32,000 nucleotides of DNA from Candidatus Saccharimonadota bacterium (lineage in GTDB: Bacteria > Bacteroidota > Bacteroidia > Flavobacteriales > Blattabacteriaceae). This document shows, one piece after another, positions 1 through 8,395 of the stretch. Below the pieces are notes generated by a model. That model searched no databases, had not been told where the DNA came from, and was given only the letters and a program-made list of their open reading frames with translations. The DNA lies in assembly GCF_014252415.1 (NCBI RefSeq), contig NZ_CP059223.1:210001-242000 (forward strand), in the 5' to 3' direction. How positions within the stretch are numbered: the stretch's first letter is position 1; every line of letters starts with the position of its first letter. Position numbers and translations under genes: made by a program.

Positions 1-1336
1 CAGATACTATTCCAGCCCCTGCTTGAAAAAAAATAGTATTTTCTTTGCTTATAAAAGATCTAATTATTATAGCTGTATTAATAATACGATTTTTTATTCC
101 AAAAAATCCTATAGCTCCACCATATGTACCCCTATTTTGATTCTCAATTTTGTCAATCAATTCCATAGCCTTATATTTTGGAGCTCCTGATAAAGTTCCA
201 GAAGGAAATGTATCTCCAAAGATTTTAATAATAGATAAATTTTTTTTTACAGATCCAGATACTCTAGAGACCATATGTAATACATGGGAAAATTTCTCAA
301 TTTTTTTTAATATTTCTACTTTTACATCAGATGAATTTTTACTTAAATCATTTCTAGCTAAATCAACAAGCATAATATGCTCGGAATTTTCCTTAGGATC
401 TTTTATTAAACTATTGTTATTATTTTTTATTGATCTTTTGATTGTACCAGCTATAGGATTTATGTAAGCAATATTATTATAAATGATTAATTGTGATTCT
501 GGAGAAGAACCAAAAATTTTGTAATATCCATAATCAAAATAAAAAAGATATGGAGAAGGATTAATAAATCTTAAAGCACGATAAATATTAAATTCATCTC
601 CTTTAAAATTTTGTATATACTGACGAGATAATACGATTTGATAAACGTCTCCACGTAAACAATGTTTTATTCCATTGGATACCATATTTTTATATTCATT
701 ATCTGTAACATTGGATTTACAATTTCCAATTGTATTAAATGAAAAAGATGAAAAAATTTTTTTTTTTATTATTTTTATTATTTGATTAATATTAGTATTT
801 TTATTATTGTATTGGTATTCAATTATATTTAATTTATTTTCAAAATAGTTAAATATAATTAAGTTTCTATAAAAACCTATACGTATTTTAGGTACATTAT
901 AATATTCTTTAACAGGAACATAAAATTTGATTTTTTCAAAATGTTGAATACTATCGTAAGATATATATCCATATAAACCGGTATATTCATATGAATATTT
1001 ATCACATGATGATTCATCAAATTGAAATACTTGAAAAAAATCATCAATTATATTTTGAATATTAAATTCATCATTAATAAATATATGTTTATGTATATTA
1101 TTATTAGGATATAATATTTTTAATATATTTTTTTCTAATATTAACTCTGAAATAGAATTTATACAAATAATAGATATTTTATTTTTATAGTTATTTAAAT
1201 AACATGGATTTGAAAATTCTAGTAATAAAGTATTAGGAAAGATATCTCTTAATTTTAAATATAATTCCACTGGAGTAGTAGTATCATTCATCATTTCTTT
1301 TCGAATTATTTTAAAATTAAATTTCAACATGTTCAT
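1..1336 (-). CDS. trpE: Anthranilate synthase component I (TrpE-type chorismate-binding enzyme); the C-terminal end runs off the window
   Basis: Absent from the ORF track because it is open at the window edge; I translated the minus strand myself. It starts at 1336 (MNMLKFNFKIIRKEMMNDTTTPVELYLKLRDIFPNTLLLEFS), with an in-frame stop just upstream at 1343-1345. Family motifs: LRGDVYQIVLSRQY (about 600-660), RFINPSPYLF (about 545-600), and FPSGTLSGAPKYKAMELIDKIENQNRGTYGGAIGF (about 100-215). NPSPY and LLE favour TrpE over PabB/MenF, but PabB is not excluded. Confidence 0.8.
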   Translation of the reverse strand, partial: MNMLKFNFKIIRKEMMNDTTTPVELYLKLRDIFPNTLLLEFSNPCYLNNYKNKISIICINSISELILEKNILKILYPNNNIHKHIFINDEFNIQNIIDDFFQVFQFDESSCDKYSYEYTGLYGYISYDSIQHFEKIKFYVPVKEYYNVPKIRIGFYRNLIIFNYFENKLNIIEYQYNNKNTNINQIIKIIKKKIFSSFSFNTIGNCKSNVTDNEYKNMVSNGIKHCLRGDVYQIVLSRQYIQNFKGDEFNIYRALRFINPSPYLFYFDYGYYKIFGSSPESQLIIYNNIAYINPIAGTIKRSIKNNNNSLIKDPKENSEHIMLVDLARNDLSKNSSDVKVEILKKIEKFSHVLHMVSRVSGSVKKNLSIIKIFGDTFPSGTLSGAPKYKAMELIDKIENQNRGTYGGAIGFFGIKNRIINTAIIIRSFISKENTIFFQAGAGIVS

Positions 1337-1476
1337 GATTTTTTAATTTTTCATAAAAAAATGGTCTTCGTTAATTTAACAATTCCTAAATTTTTTTAAT
1401 CTTGTTATCTAGATACCGTTATATTTTAACGTTATTTATTATAAATTTATGGATTTATTCCTGATTTATTAATCGA

Positions 1477-1484
1477 CAAATATA
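1477..1484 (-). promoter_or_regulatory. Candidate Bacteroidota -7 promoter box (TATATTTG, consensus TAnnTTTG) upstream of trpE
   Basis: The plus strand reads caaatata. It lies 141 nt upstream of the trpE ATG in the 310-bp divergent spacer. Confidence 0.2.
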
Positions 1485-1646
1485 CAAAATTTTTATATCT
1501 ATCATTAAATCATAAAAAATTTGAACGAAAACAAATAATGATAAAAATTATTGTGTATAAAATTGTATTAATGTTTAATAATATAAAATTTAAAAAATTA
1601 TTTTCTTTAACAAAAAATTTTTAAATTACAATAAATTTTTTGAATT

Positions 1647-2063
1647 ATGTATCCTGATATTTTAAAATATAGTAAAAATCATGAATGGGTAGGAATAATA
1701 AAACCTACGAAAGAAAATGGGATAAAAAAAGATGATAATCATGCTTATGTGGGGATTAGTTTTTTTGCTCAAAAAGAATTAGGAGACATAATATATCTGG
1801 ATATAGAAAATTCTATAGTAGATAGAATAATAAAAAAAGGAGAAATATTTGGGACCATAGAAGCAGTAAAAACTATTTCAGATTTATTTATGCCTGTTTT
1901 AGGTAAAGTTTTAGAAATAAATGAAAAATCTGTATCCCATCCGGAATTTATAAATGAAGATTCTTGTAAAATATGGATAATAAAGATAAAAATATTATGT
2001 ATTGAAGATTATAATAAATTAATGACATTAAAAGAATACGAAACTTTTTCAAAAAGTTTATAA
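1647..2063 (+). CDS. gcvH: Glycine cleavage system H protein (lipoyl carrier)
   Basis: 138 aa with YSKNHEWV, VGISFFAQKELGDIIYLD and the lipoyl-lysine motif IEAVKTISD, followed by PVLGKVLEINE. It carries a small lineage-specific insertion near the N-terminus. Confidence 0.85.
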   Translation: MYPDILKYSKNHEWVGIIKPTKENGIKKDDNHAYVGISFFAQKELGDIIYLDIENSIVDRIIKKGEIFGTIEAVKTISDLFMPVLGKVLEINEKSVSHPEFINEDSCKIWIIKIKILCIEDYNKLMTLKEYETFSKSL

Positions 2064-2131
2064 AAAATTATATAATTTAATTTAAGCTAATCTATGATTT
2101 AGAATTGAATTAATAATTTAATTTTAATGAT

Positions 2132-4372
2132 ATGGAAAAAATTATATCTTACAATTTTCTTAACGATAAAAAGATATCAGATAAAATCATAGATTTTTCA
2201 CATAAAAATATAAGTAGAGTTCATTTTTTTATTCCTTCTATTCATTGCAGTTCATGTGTATTTATTTTAGAAAGATTACCAAATAAATATAATGATATAT
2301 TAAGTTCTAATGTAGATTATTTAAATAAAAAAATTTGGATAACTTATAATAATAATTATATAAAAATAAGTGATTTAGCTCTGATTCTTAGAAATATAGG
2401 TTATGCTCCATCAATTGACTTAGAATCATTTGAAAAATATGATTCACAAAAAAAATATCAACCTAAAAATAGAAATAAAATACAAAAAATTGTAATTTTT
2501 ATATTTTGTTTTGGGAATATTATGCTTTTAGCATTACCAGAGTATGTAGGAGCAATGAATGATACATGGTATGTAAATCATCGTAATTTTTTTCGTTGTA
2601 TGATGGTAATTTTATCTATACCAGTTTTTATCTTTACTTTATTTAATCATATAAAGTATGCTTTATTAGGAATTAAAGAAAATATAATTAGTATAGATGT
2701 ATCTATTTCTATTGGAATATTAGTAATTTTTTTTTGGAGTTTATATGAAATATTTTTTGATTTAGGATCAGGTTATTTAGATAGTTTATCTAGTTTTTCA
2801 TTATTTTTATTAATAAGTAAATTATTTCAAATACATACCCATAATAAAATTTTATCTTTTAATAAAAATTATAAATCTTGTTATCCTATATTGATAACAA
2901 AAATTAAAAATGGAGTAGAAAAAAAAATTTTTATATCAAATTTAAAAATAGGAGATGTTATTGTAGTAAAAAATGAAGAAATTATTCCAGTAGACTCTAT
3001 ATTAATTAAAGGAAAATCTCTATTAGATAATAGCTTTATAACAGGAGAATCTTACTTAATAAATAAAAAAATAGGAGATAAAATATATGCTGGTTCTAGA
3101 CAAAAAGGTGAAGCTATCTATTTAAAAGTTATAAAAAATATAGATCACAGTTATTTAAGTATTCTATGGAAAAAAGGTTCTTCTAAAAGAAATGAAAATT
3201 ATTATTTAAATTCTATTACCACAAATTTTAGTAAATATTTTACCCCTTCTATAATTATTATATCCTTAATAAGTGGAATTTACTGGTATATAATAAAAAA
3301 TAATATATATAATGTATTTAAAACTATTTTTTCTACTTTGATAATAACTTGTCCTTGTGCTTTAGTACTTTCATCACCATTAATATTTGGAAATATAATA
3401 AAATTTTTTTCTAAAAAAGGATTTTATATCAAAGATACTTTAACAGTAGAAAAAATTTCATCTATAAAAACATTAATTTTTGATAAAACTGGAACCTTGA
3501 CTGATCCTAGTAGAGAAAAGATTAATTTTATTGGAAAAAAAATTAGTTATAATGAAAAAAAAATGATAGCATCCTTATTAAAAAACTCTTCTCATCCATT
3601 TAGTCAAAAAATATTATCTAAATTATCTATAAAAAATTTTTATCATATAAATAATTTTAAAGAAATACCTGGTAAAGGTTTAGAATGTAAGATAAATAAT
3701 TTTACAATAAAAATTGGATCCATGAAATATCTTAAATTATATAATTCTCAAACAAAAAATAAAACATTAGTAGCTATCTCTATAAATAATAAATTATTAG
3801 GATATTTTTGTTTTAGAAATTTTTATCGTAAAGGAATTAATAAATTATTTAATAATTTAAAAAAATATTATAAAATTATAGTATTATCAGGGGATAATAA
3901 TAATGAAGAACAACAATATATAAAATCAATACTTCCAAAATCAAGTAAAATTTTATTTAATCAAAGTCCAGAAAATAAATTAAATTATATAAAAAAATTA
4001 CAAAAAAATGGAATAAAAGTTATAATGTTCGGAGACGGGATTAATGATTGTGCAGCACTAAAACAAAGTGAAGTAGGAATTTCTGTATCAGATAATCCTA
4101 CTAGTTTTTTTCCTAGTTGTGACGCTTTTATTCAATCTAATTGTTTAAATAAAATTTCATTTTTTTTAAAAATATCTAGAATTTCTTATTTATTAGTAAT
4201 AATTAATTTTATGATTAGTTTATTTTATAATATTGTGGGATTATTTTTCTCTATTACATGTAAATTAAATCCTCTTATAGCGTCTATACTAATGCCAATT
4301 AGTTCTTTTTCAGTCATTATTTTTTCCATGATATCTACATGGATTATTTCAAGAAAAAATTTATGGATATAA
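2132..4372 (+). CDS. ccoI: Copper-translocating P1B-type ATPase, CcoI/FixI-like (cbb3 oxidase maturation)
   Basis: 746 aa. N-terminal metal-binding CxxC (HCSSCV), TGES (ITGESY), TM CPC motif (TCPCAL), phosphorylation site FDKTGTLT, SSHP, and hinge GDGINDCAAL. It lies directly upstream of ccoS and ccoNO. Confidence 0.85.
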   Translation: MEKIISYNFLNDKKISDKIIDFSHKNISRVHFFIPSIHCSSCVFILERLPNKYNDILSSNVDYLNKKIWITYNNNYIKISDLALILRNIGYAPSIDLESFEKYDSQKKYQPKNRNKIQKIVIFIFCFGNIMLLALPEYVGAMNDTWYVNHRNFFRCMMVILSIPVFIFTLFNHIKYALLGIKENIISIDVSISIGILVIFFWSLYEIFFDLGSGYLDSLSSFSLFLLISKLFQIHTHNKILSFNKNYKSCYPILITKIKNGVEKKIFISNLKIGDVIVVKNEEIIPVDSILIKGKSLLDNSFITGESYLINKKIGDKIYAGSRQKGEAIYLKVIKNIDHSYLSILWKKGSSKRNENYYLNSITTNFSKYFTPSIIIISLISGIYWYIIKNNIYNVFKTIFSTLIITCPCALVLSSPLIFGNIIKFFSKKGFYIKDTLTVEKISSIKTLIFDKTGTLTDPSREKINFIGKKISYNEKKMIASLLKNSSHPFSQKILSKLSIKNFYHINNFKEIPGKGLECKINNFTIKIGSMKYLKLYNSQTKNKTLVAISINNKLLGYFCFRNFYRKGINKLFNNLKKYYKIIVLSGDNNNEEQQYIKSILPKSSKILFNQSPENKLNYIKKLQKNGIKVIMFGDGINDCAALKQSEVGISVSDNPTSFFPSCDAFIQSNCLNKISFFLKISRISYLLVIINFMISLFYNIVGLFFSITCKLNPLIASILMPISSFSVIIFSMISTWIISRKNLWI

Positions 4373-4539
4373 TAATTATAATGATATTATCTAGTATTTC
4401 TTTAGGTATTTTTTTTCTAATATTTTTTTTATTTAGTATTTATGATGGACAATTCGATGATTTAAATTCTCAAAAGATTAGAATTTTAATAGATGAAAAT
4501 AATTATAATAATTTGAATAAAAAAAATATAAAAAATTAA
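4363..4539 (+). CDS. ccoS: cbb3-type cytochrome oxidase maturation protein CcoS/FixS
   Basis: Small single-TM protein MDIIIIMILSSISLGIFFLIFFLFSIYDGQFDDLNS with the GQFDD signature. The ORF track starts at 4339; I prefer the second ATG at 4363, which gives a 10-nt overlap with ccoI. Confidence 0.75.
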   Translation: MDIIIIMILSSISLGIFFLIFFLFSIYDGQFDDLNSQKIRILIDENNYNNLNKKNIKN

Positions 4540-4557
4540 ATTAATTTAATATTATAA

Positions 4558-6789
4558 ATGAAATTTAATATCAATAACAATACTAATAATTATAACTTAA
4601 AAAAATTCAAAAAAAGTTACTATAATAATAGTATAGTGAAAGCTTTTTTATATGCTACAATATTTTGGGCATTTATAAGTTTTTTAGCAGGATTATTTAT
4701 AGCATTACTTCTTTTTTCACCAAAAATACCTGAGATTGTTTTTGGAGAAAAATTAAAATATACTCAAGGTATGTTTGGATTTGGTAGATGGAGAATGTTA
4801 CATACAAACACTGCTATATTTGCTTTCGTAGGAAACATAATATTTACAGGTTATTATTATTCTTTACAACGTTTATTAAAAACAAGAATATTTAGTGATA
4901 TTCTAAGTTGGATTCATTTTTGGGGATGGCAGATATTTATAGTTTCCACATGGATAACTTTTTTATTAGGAATTAATACAAGTAAAGAATATTCTGAACA
5001 TGAATGGCCTATAGATATATTTATATTATTAATATGGATCATATACGGAATTAATATGATAGGAAGTATTTTAAAAAGAAGGATAAAACATTTGTATGTA
5101 AGTATTTGGTTTTTATTAGGAACATGGGTATCTGTAGCAATGTTGCATATATTTAACAATTTAGAATTACCTATATCTCTTTTATCATTTAAAAGTTATT
5201 CTATATATGCTGGAGTTCAAGATGCATTAATGCAATGGTGGTATGGACATAACGCAGTAGCTTTTATTTTAACCACTCCTATATTGGGGCTAATGTATTA
5301 TTTCGTTCCAAAAGCTTCAAATCAACCTATATTTTCTTATAAACTTTCTATTATTCATTTTTGGTCTTTAATATTTATATATATATGGGCAGGTCCTCAC
5401 CATTTAATGTATACATCACTTCCTAATTGGGCTCAAATGTTAGGTACAATATTTTCTATTATGTTAATTGCCCCCTCCTGGGGAGGTATGTTAAATGGAT
5501 TACTTACTTTAAGAAGTGATTGGGGTAAAGTAAGAAAAGATCCTGTATTAAAATTTTTTGTTGTTGGAATTATTTGTTATGGAATGGCTACATTTGAAGG
5601 TCCAATGTTGGCTACTAAAACTTTAAATTCAATAGGACATTTTACAGATTGGGTAATTGCTCATGTTCATTTAGGAACTTTAGGTTGGAATGGATTTATG
5701 TCATTTGGTATCATATATTGGATAATTCAAAAAATTTGGAATACAAAATTATATTCTAAGTTATTAGCTAATATTCATTTTATTCTTGGTATCATAGGAA
5801 TAATTTTATATATTTTTCCTATGTATCTTAGTTCAATCTTGCAATCATCAATGTGGAAACGTTTTAATTCAGATGGAACATTATCACACAAAAATTTTAT
5901 AGATTCTGTAATATCTATAATACCGTTTTATAAAATACGATTTTTAGGTGGACTTATATATTTGATAGGTTTTATACTAATGATTTACAATATTATAAAA
6001 ACAATTCAGAATGGATTTTTTATAAAAAATGAAGAATTTTTATATAACCCATTTTATTATAATGAAAAAAATAAAAATGAAAAATTTCATAGTTGGTTAG
6101 AAAGAAAACCTATTCAAATGATAATTTTATCTTTATTAGCAGTTGCAATAGGAGGATTAATTGAAATTATTCCTACTATAGTAATTAAATCAAATGTTCC
6201 TACTATTCATAATGTAAAACCATATTCTGCTTTAGAACTAGAAGGAAGAGATTTATTTGTAAGAGAAGGTTGTAATTCATGTCATAGTGCACAAGTTCGA
6301 CCATTTAGAGATGAAGTAGTTCGTTATGGTGAATATTCTAAAGCTGGAGAATTTGTATACGATCATCCGTTTTTATGGGGTTCTAAAAGAACAGGCCCGG
6401 ATTTAGCTAGAGAAGGAGGTAAAAATCCTAGTTCTTGGCATTATAATCATTTATTTGATCCTAGATCAACATCTTCAGGATCAATCATGCCTAGATATCC
6501 GTGGTTAATTTATAATAAATTAAATAGAATTGATACATATAATAAAATTAAAGCTATGATGAAATTAGGAGTACCATATAAATTGGAATACGTAAATACA
6601 TATAATAATGATATGAATAAACAAGCAAAAAAAATTGTTAAGGATATTTATAGTGAATATCCAAAATTGGAAAAAGAAATAAATAAAGAAAAAAATGAAT
6701 TTAAAGATAAATTTATACCTCTAGAAGATAGAGAAGTTATAGCATTAATTGCTTATTTACAAAGAATTGGTACAGATATAAAATCTTAA
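4558..6789 (+). CDS. ccoNO: cbb3-type cytochrome c oxidase, fused subunits I and II (CcoN-CcoO)
   Basis: 743 aa. The N-terminal multi-TM heme-copper oxidase part has WWYGHNAVAF, GPHHLMYT and AHVHLGTLGWNG. The C-terminal part has a TM anchor (MIILSLLAVAIGGLIEIIP) and a single heme-c site CNSCHS, plus GPDLAREG and IMPRYPWL, which are typical of CcoO. The fused arrangement is usual in Bacteroidota. Confidence 0.9.
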   Translation: MKFNINNNTNNYNLKKFKKSYYNNSIVKAFLYATIFWAFISFLAGLFIALLLFSPKIPEIVFGEKLKYTQGMFGFGRWRMLHTNTAIFAFVGNIIFTGYYYSLQRLLKTRIFSDILSWIHFWGWQIFIVSTWITFLLGINTSKEYSEHEWPIDIFILLIWIIYGINMIGSILKRRIKHLYVSIWFLLGTWVSVAMLHIFNNLELPISLLSFKSYSIYAGVQDALMQWWYGHNAVAFILTTPILGLMYYFVPKASNQPIFSYKLSIIHFWSLIFIYIWAGPHHLMYTSLPNWAQMLGTIFSIMLIAPSWGGMLNGLLTLRSDWGKVRKDPVLKFFVVGIICYGMATFEGPMLATKTLNSIGHFTDWVIAHVHLGTLGWNGFMSFGIIYWIIQKIWNTKLYSKLLANIHFILGIIGIILYIFPMYLSSILQSSMWKRFNSDGTLSHKNFIDSVISIIPFYKIRFLGGLIYLIGFILMIYNIIKTIQNGFFIKNEEFLYNPFYYNEKNKNEKFHSWLERKPIQMIILSLLAVAIGGLIEIIPTIVIKSNVPTIHNVKPYSALELEGRDLFVREGCNSCHSAQVRPFRDEVVRYGEYSKAGEFVYDHPFLWGSKRTGPDLAREGGKNPSSWHYNHLFDPRSTSSGSIMPRYPWLIYNKLNRIDTYNKIKAMMKLGVPYKLEYVNTYNNDMNKQAKKIVKDIYSEYPKLEKEINKEKNEFKDKFIPLEDREVIALIAYLQRIGTDIKS

Positions 6790-6827
6790 ATTATAATAAT
6801 AATCTAATAATTTGGAAAAATGTTATC

Positions 6828-7019
6828 ATGAGATTTTTTAAAAATTATTTTACAGGAGAGAAAAATATAGGAATATTTCAATCAACTATATTAATAATAT
6901 TTTTTTTAATATTTTTTTTTATATTATTTATGGTTTTTTCTAAACCAAAAGATTATTATAAAAATGATAGTTTAATAGCTACAGACAATAATTTTGATAA
7001 AAAAAAAAAAAATAGATAA
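6828..7019 (+). CDS. ccoQ: CcoQ/FixQ-like small membrane subunit of cbb3 oxidase
   Basis: 63 aa with one TM helix (ILIIFFLIFFFILFMVF). Called from its position between ccoNO and ccoP and an N-terminus (MRFFKNYF) resembling flavobacterial CcoQ. It ends in a 14-A homopolymer that encodes the lysine run. Confidence 0.6.
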   Translation: MRFFKNYFTGEKNIGIFQSTILIIFFLIFFFILFMVFSKPKDYYKNDSLIATDNNFDKKKKNR

Positions 7020-7025
7020 TCAATT

Positions 7026-7913
7026 ATGAAATCTAAAATTTCTTCTTTTATTATGATTTCTTCTTCATTATCTATTATAATATTCTCATTTTATACTTTT
7101 CTTAAAAGTTATAATAAGATGTTTTATATAAAACATCCTATTACCATATTATTTATTATAATAATAATATTATTACTGATAATATTAGAATTTATTAATA
7201 ATTTGATTTTTGAAAAAAAAATAGAATCATTATCTGAAAAAGAAAAAAAAATAATTCTTGAAAGAAATGAAGGAAATTATTTTTACTTATTTTATAAATT
7301 TTTATTTCACTATAATGAAAATAAAAAAATAAAAAAAGTAAAAAAAATAGATCATGGATTTGATGGAATCATAGAATTAGATAATAATATTCCAATATGG
7401 TGGACTCACTTATTTTTTTTAACTATTATTTTTTCTATGATTTATTTAATTTCTTATCTAACATTAGATTTTTCTAATCCTTATAAGGAATATAAAATAG
7501 CTTATGAAAAACAGTTAAAAGAAATTAAAATATTTGAAAAAAATACTCCACAAACATCTTTAAAAAAATCTTTTTTTAAAAAAAATTTAATAAATGATGG
7601 AAAAATATTGTTTGAAGAAAATTGTTCTACTTGTCATCAAAAAGATGGTAGTGGCAATATTGGTCCTAATTTAACAGATGATTATTGGATAAATATAGTA
7701 GAAAAAGATTTATATAAAAATATATTTTCTATAATATGGAATGGAAGTAAAAAAAATCCTACAATGCGTGCTTTTGGAGAATCTGGAGAAATCAAAGGAA
7801 ATGATATTGAAAAAATATCTAGTTATGTCTATTTTATCAATAAGAAAAAAATAAAACCTAACAAACAAAAATCACCTCAAGGAAAAAAAATATTAATATG
7901 GAATATTAAATAA
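7026..7913 (+). CDS. ccoP: cbb3-type cytochrome c oxidase subunit III (CcoP/FixP), single heme-c motif
   Basis: 295 aa with the FixP N-terminal signature DHGFDGIIELDNNIPIWWTHLFFLTIIFSMIY and one CxxCH (CSTCHQ) followed by GPNL and MRAFG. Confidence 0.8.
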   Translation: MKSKISSFIMISSSLSIIIFSFYTFLKSYNKMFYIKHPITILFIIIIILLLIILEFINNLIFEKKIESLSEKEKKIILERNEGNYFYLFYKFLFHYNENKKIKKVKKIDHGFDGIIELDNNIPIWWTHLFFLTIIFSMIYLISYLTLDFSNPYKEYKIAYEKQLKEIKIFEKNTPQTSLKKSFFKKNLINDGKILFEENCSTCHQKDGSGNIGPNLTDDYWINIVEKDLYKNIFSIIWNGSKKNPTMRAFGESGEIKGNDIEKISSYVYFINKKKIKPNKQKSPQGKKILIWNIK

Positions 7914-8374
7914 TGTTTTTAAAAAAATTATTTATGAAAATAAAATTAGGATGGGATACTTCTATTATATTATCCATGGTAACTTTCATGAGTTTTATAA
8001 TTTATATTGCATTTTTTTTCCCAAATATAGAAAGTCAACTTGTATCAGAAAAATATTATGAAGATGAATTGAAATATCAAGAGATTATAAATGAAAAAAA
8101 AAATGCATCAAAATTATCAGATAAAATCAATATTTTAACTTCATCTACTGGCATTAATATTATATTTCATATTTCTAATGGTTATGGTTCAATAAAGTTA
8201 TTTAGATATTCTTCTAAAGATTTAGATTTAATCAGATATTTTGACTTATCTACAAGAAAAAAATTATTCATTAATAAAAAATTTTTAAAAAAAGGATATT
8301 ATAAAGTAATAATAAGATTCAAAAATAATAAAGTAAAGTATTTTATTGAGAAAAATTTATACTGGAATAAATAA
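7913..8374 (+). CDS. FixH/CcoH-family cbb3 assembly protein
   Basis: 153 aa. N-terminal TM (GWDTSIILSMVTFMSFIIYIAFFF) followed by LVSEKYYEDELKYQ, as in flavobacterial FixH-family proteins. Its start overlaps the ccoP stop (TAATG). An alternative start is at 7934. Confidence 0.65.
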   Translation: MFLKKLFMKIKLGWDTSIILSMVTFMSFIIYIAFFFPNIESQLVSEKYYEDELKYQEIINEKKNASKLSDKINILTSSTGINIIFHISNGYGSIKLFRYSSKDLDLIRYFDLSTRKKLFINKKFLKKGYYKVIIRFKNNKVKYFIEKNLYWNK

Positions 8375-8395
8375 AAAAAAAAAAAAATAAATAAA

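Noticed and set aside
150-467. 105-aa ORF on the plus strand
   Set aside because: It lies antisense to the well-supported TrpE catalytic core (GTLSGAPK region) and has a low-complexity product with no motif.
4914-5159. 81-aa minus-strand ORF inside ccoNO. Similar antisense ORFs lie at 8518-8880 (in maeB), 19125-19343 (in ychF), 19914-20258 (in the M42 peptidase gene), 26577-26774 (at the murE start), 28612-28809 (in mraY) and 30994-31194 (in ftsW)
   Set aside because: All are embedded antisense in genes with strong family motifs and show no recognisable motifs themselves. Such ORFs are expected by chance opposite long genes.
7026-7913. CcoP shows only one CxxCH, whereas proteobacterial CcoP is dihaem
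   Set aside because: I believe monohaem CcoP with a long N-terminal extension may be normal for Bacteroidota. I cannot verify this without a database, so it is not treated as an anomaly.
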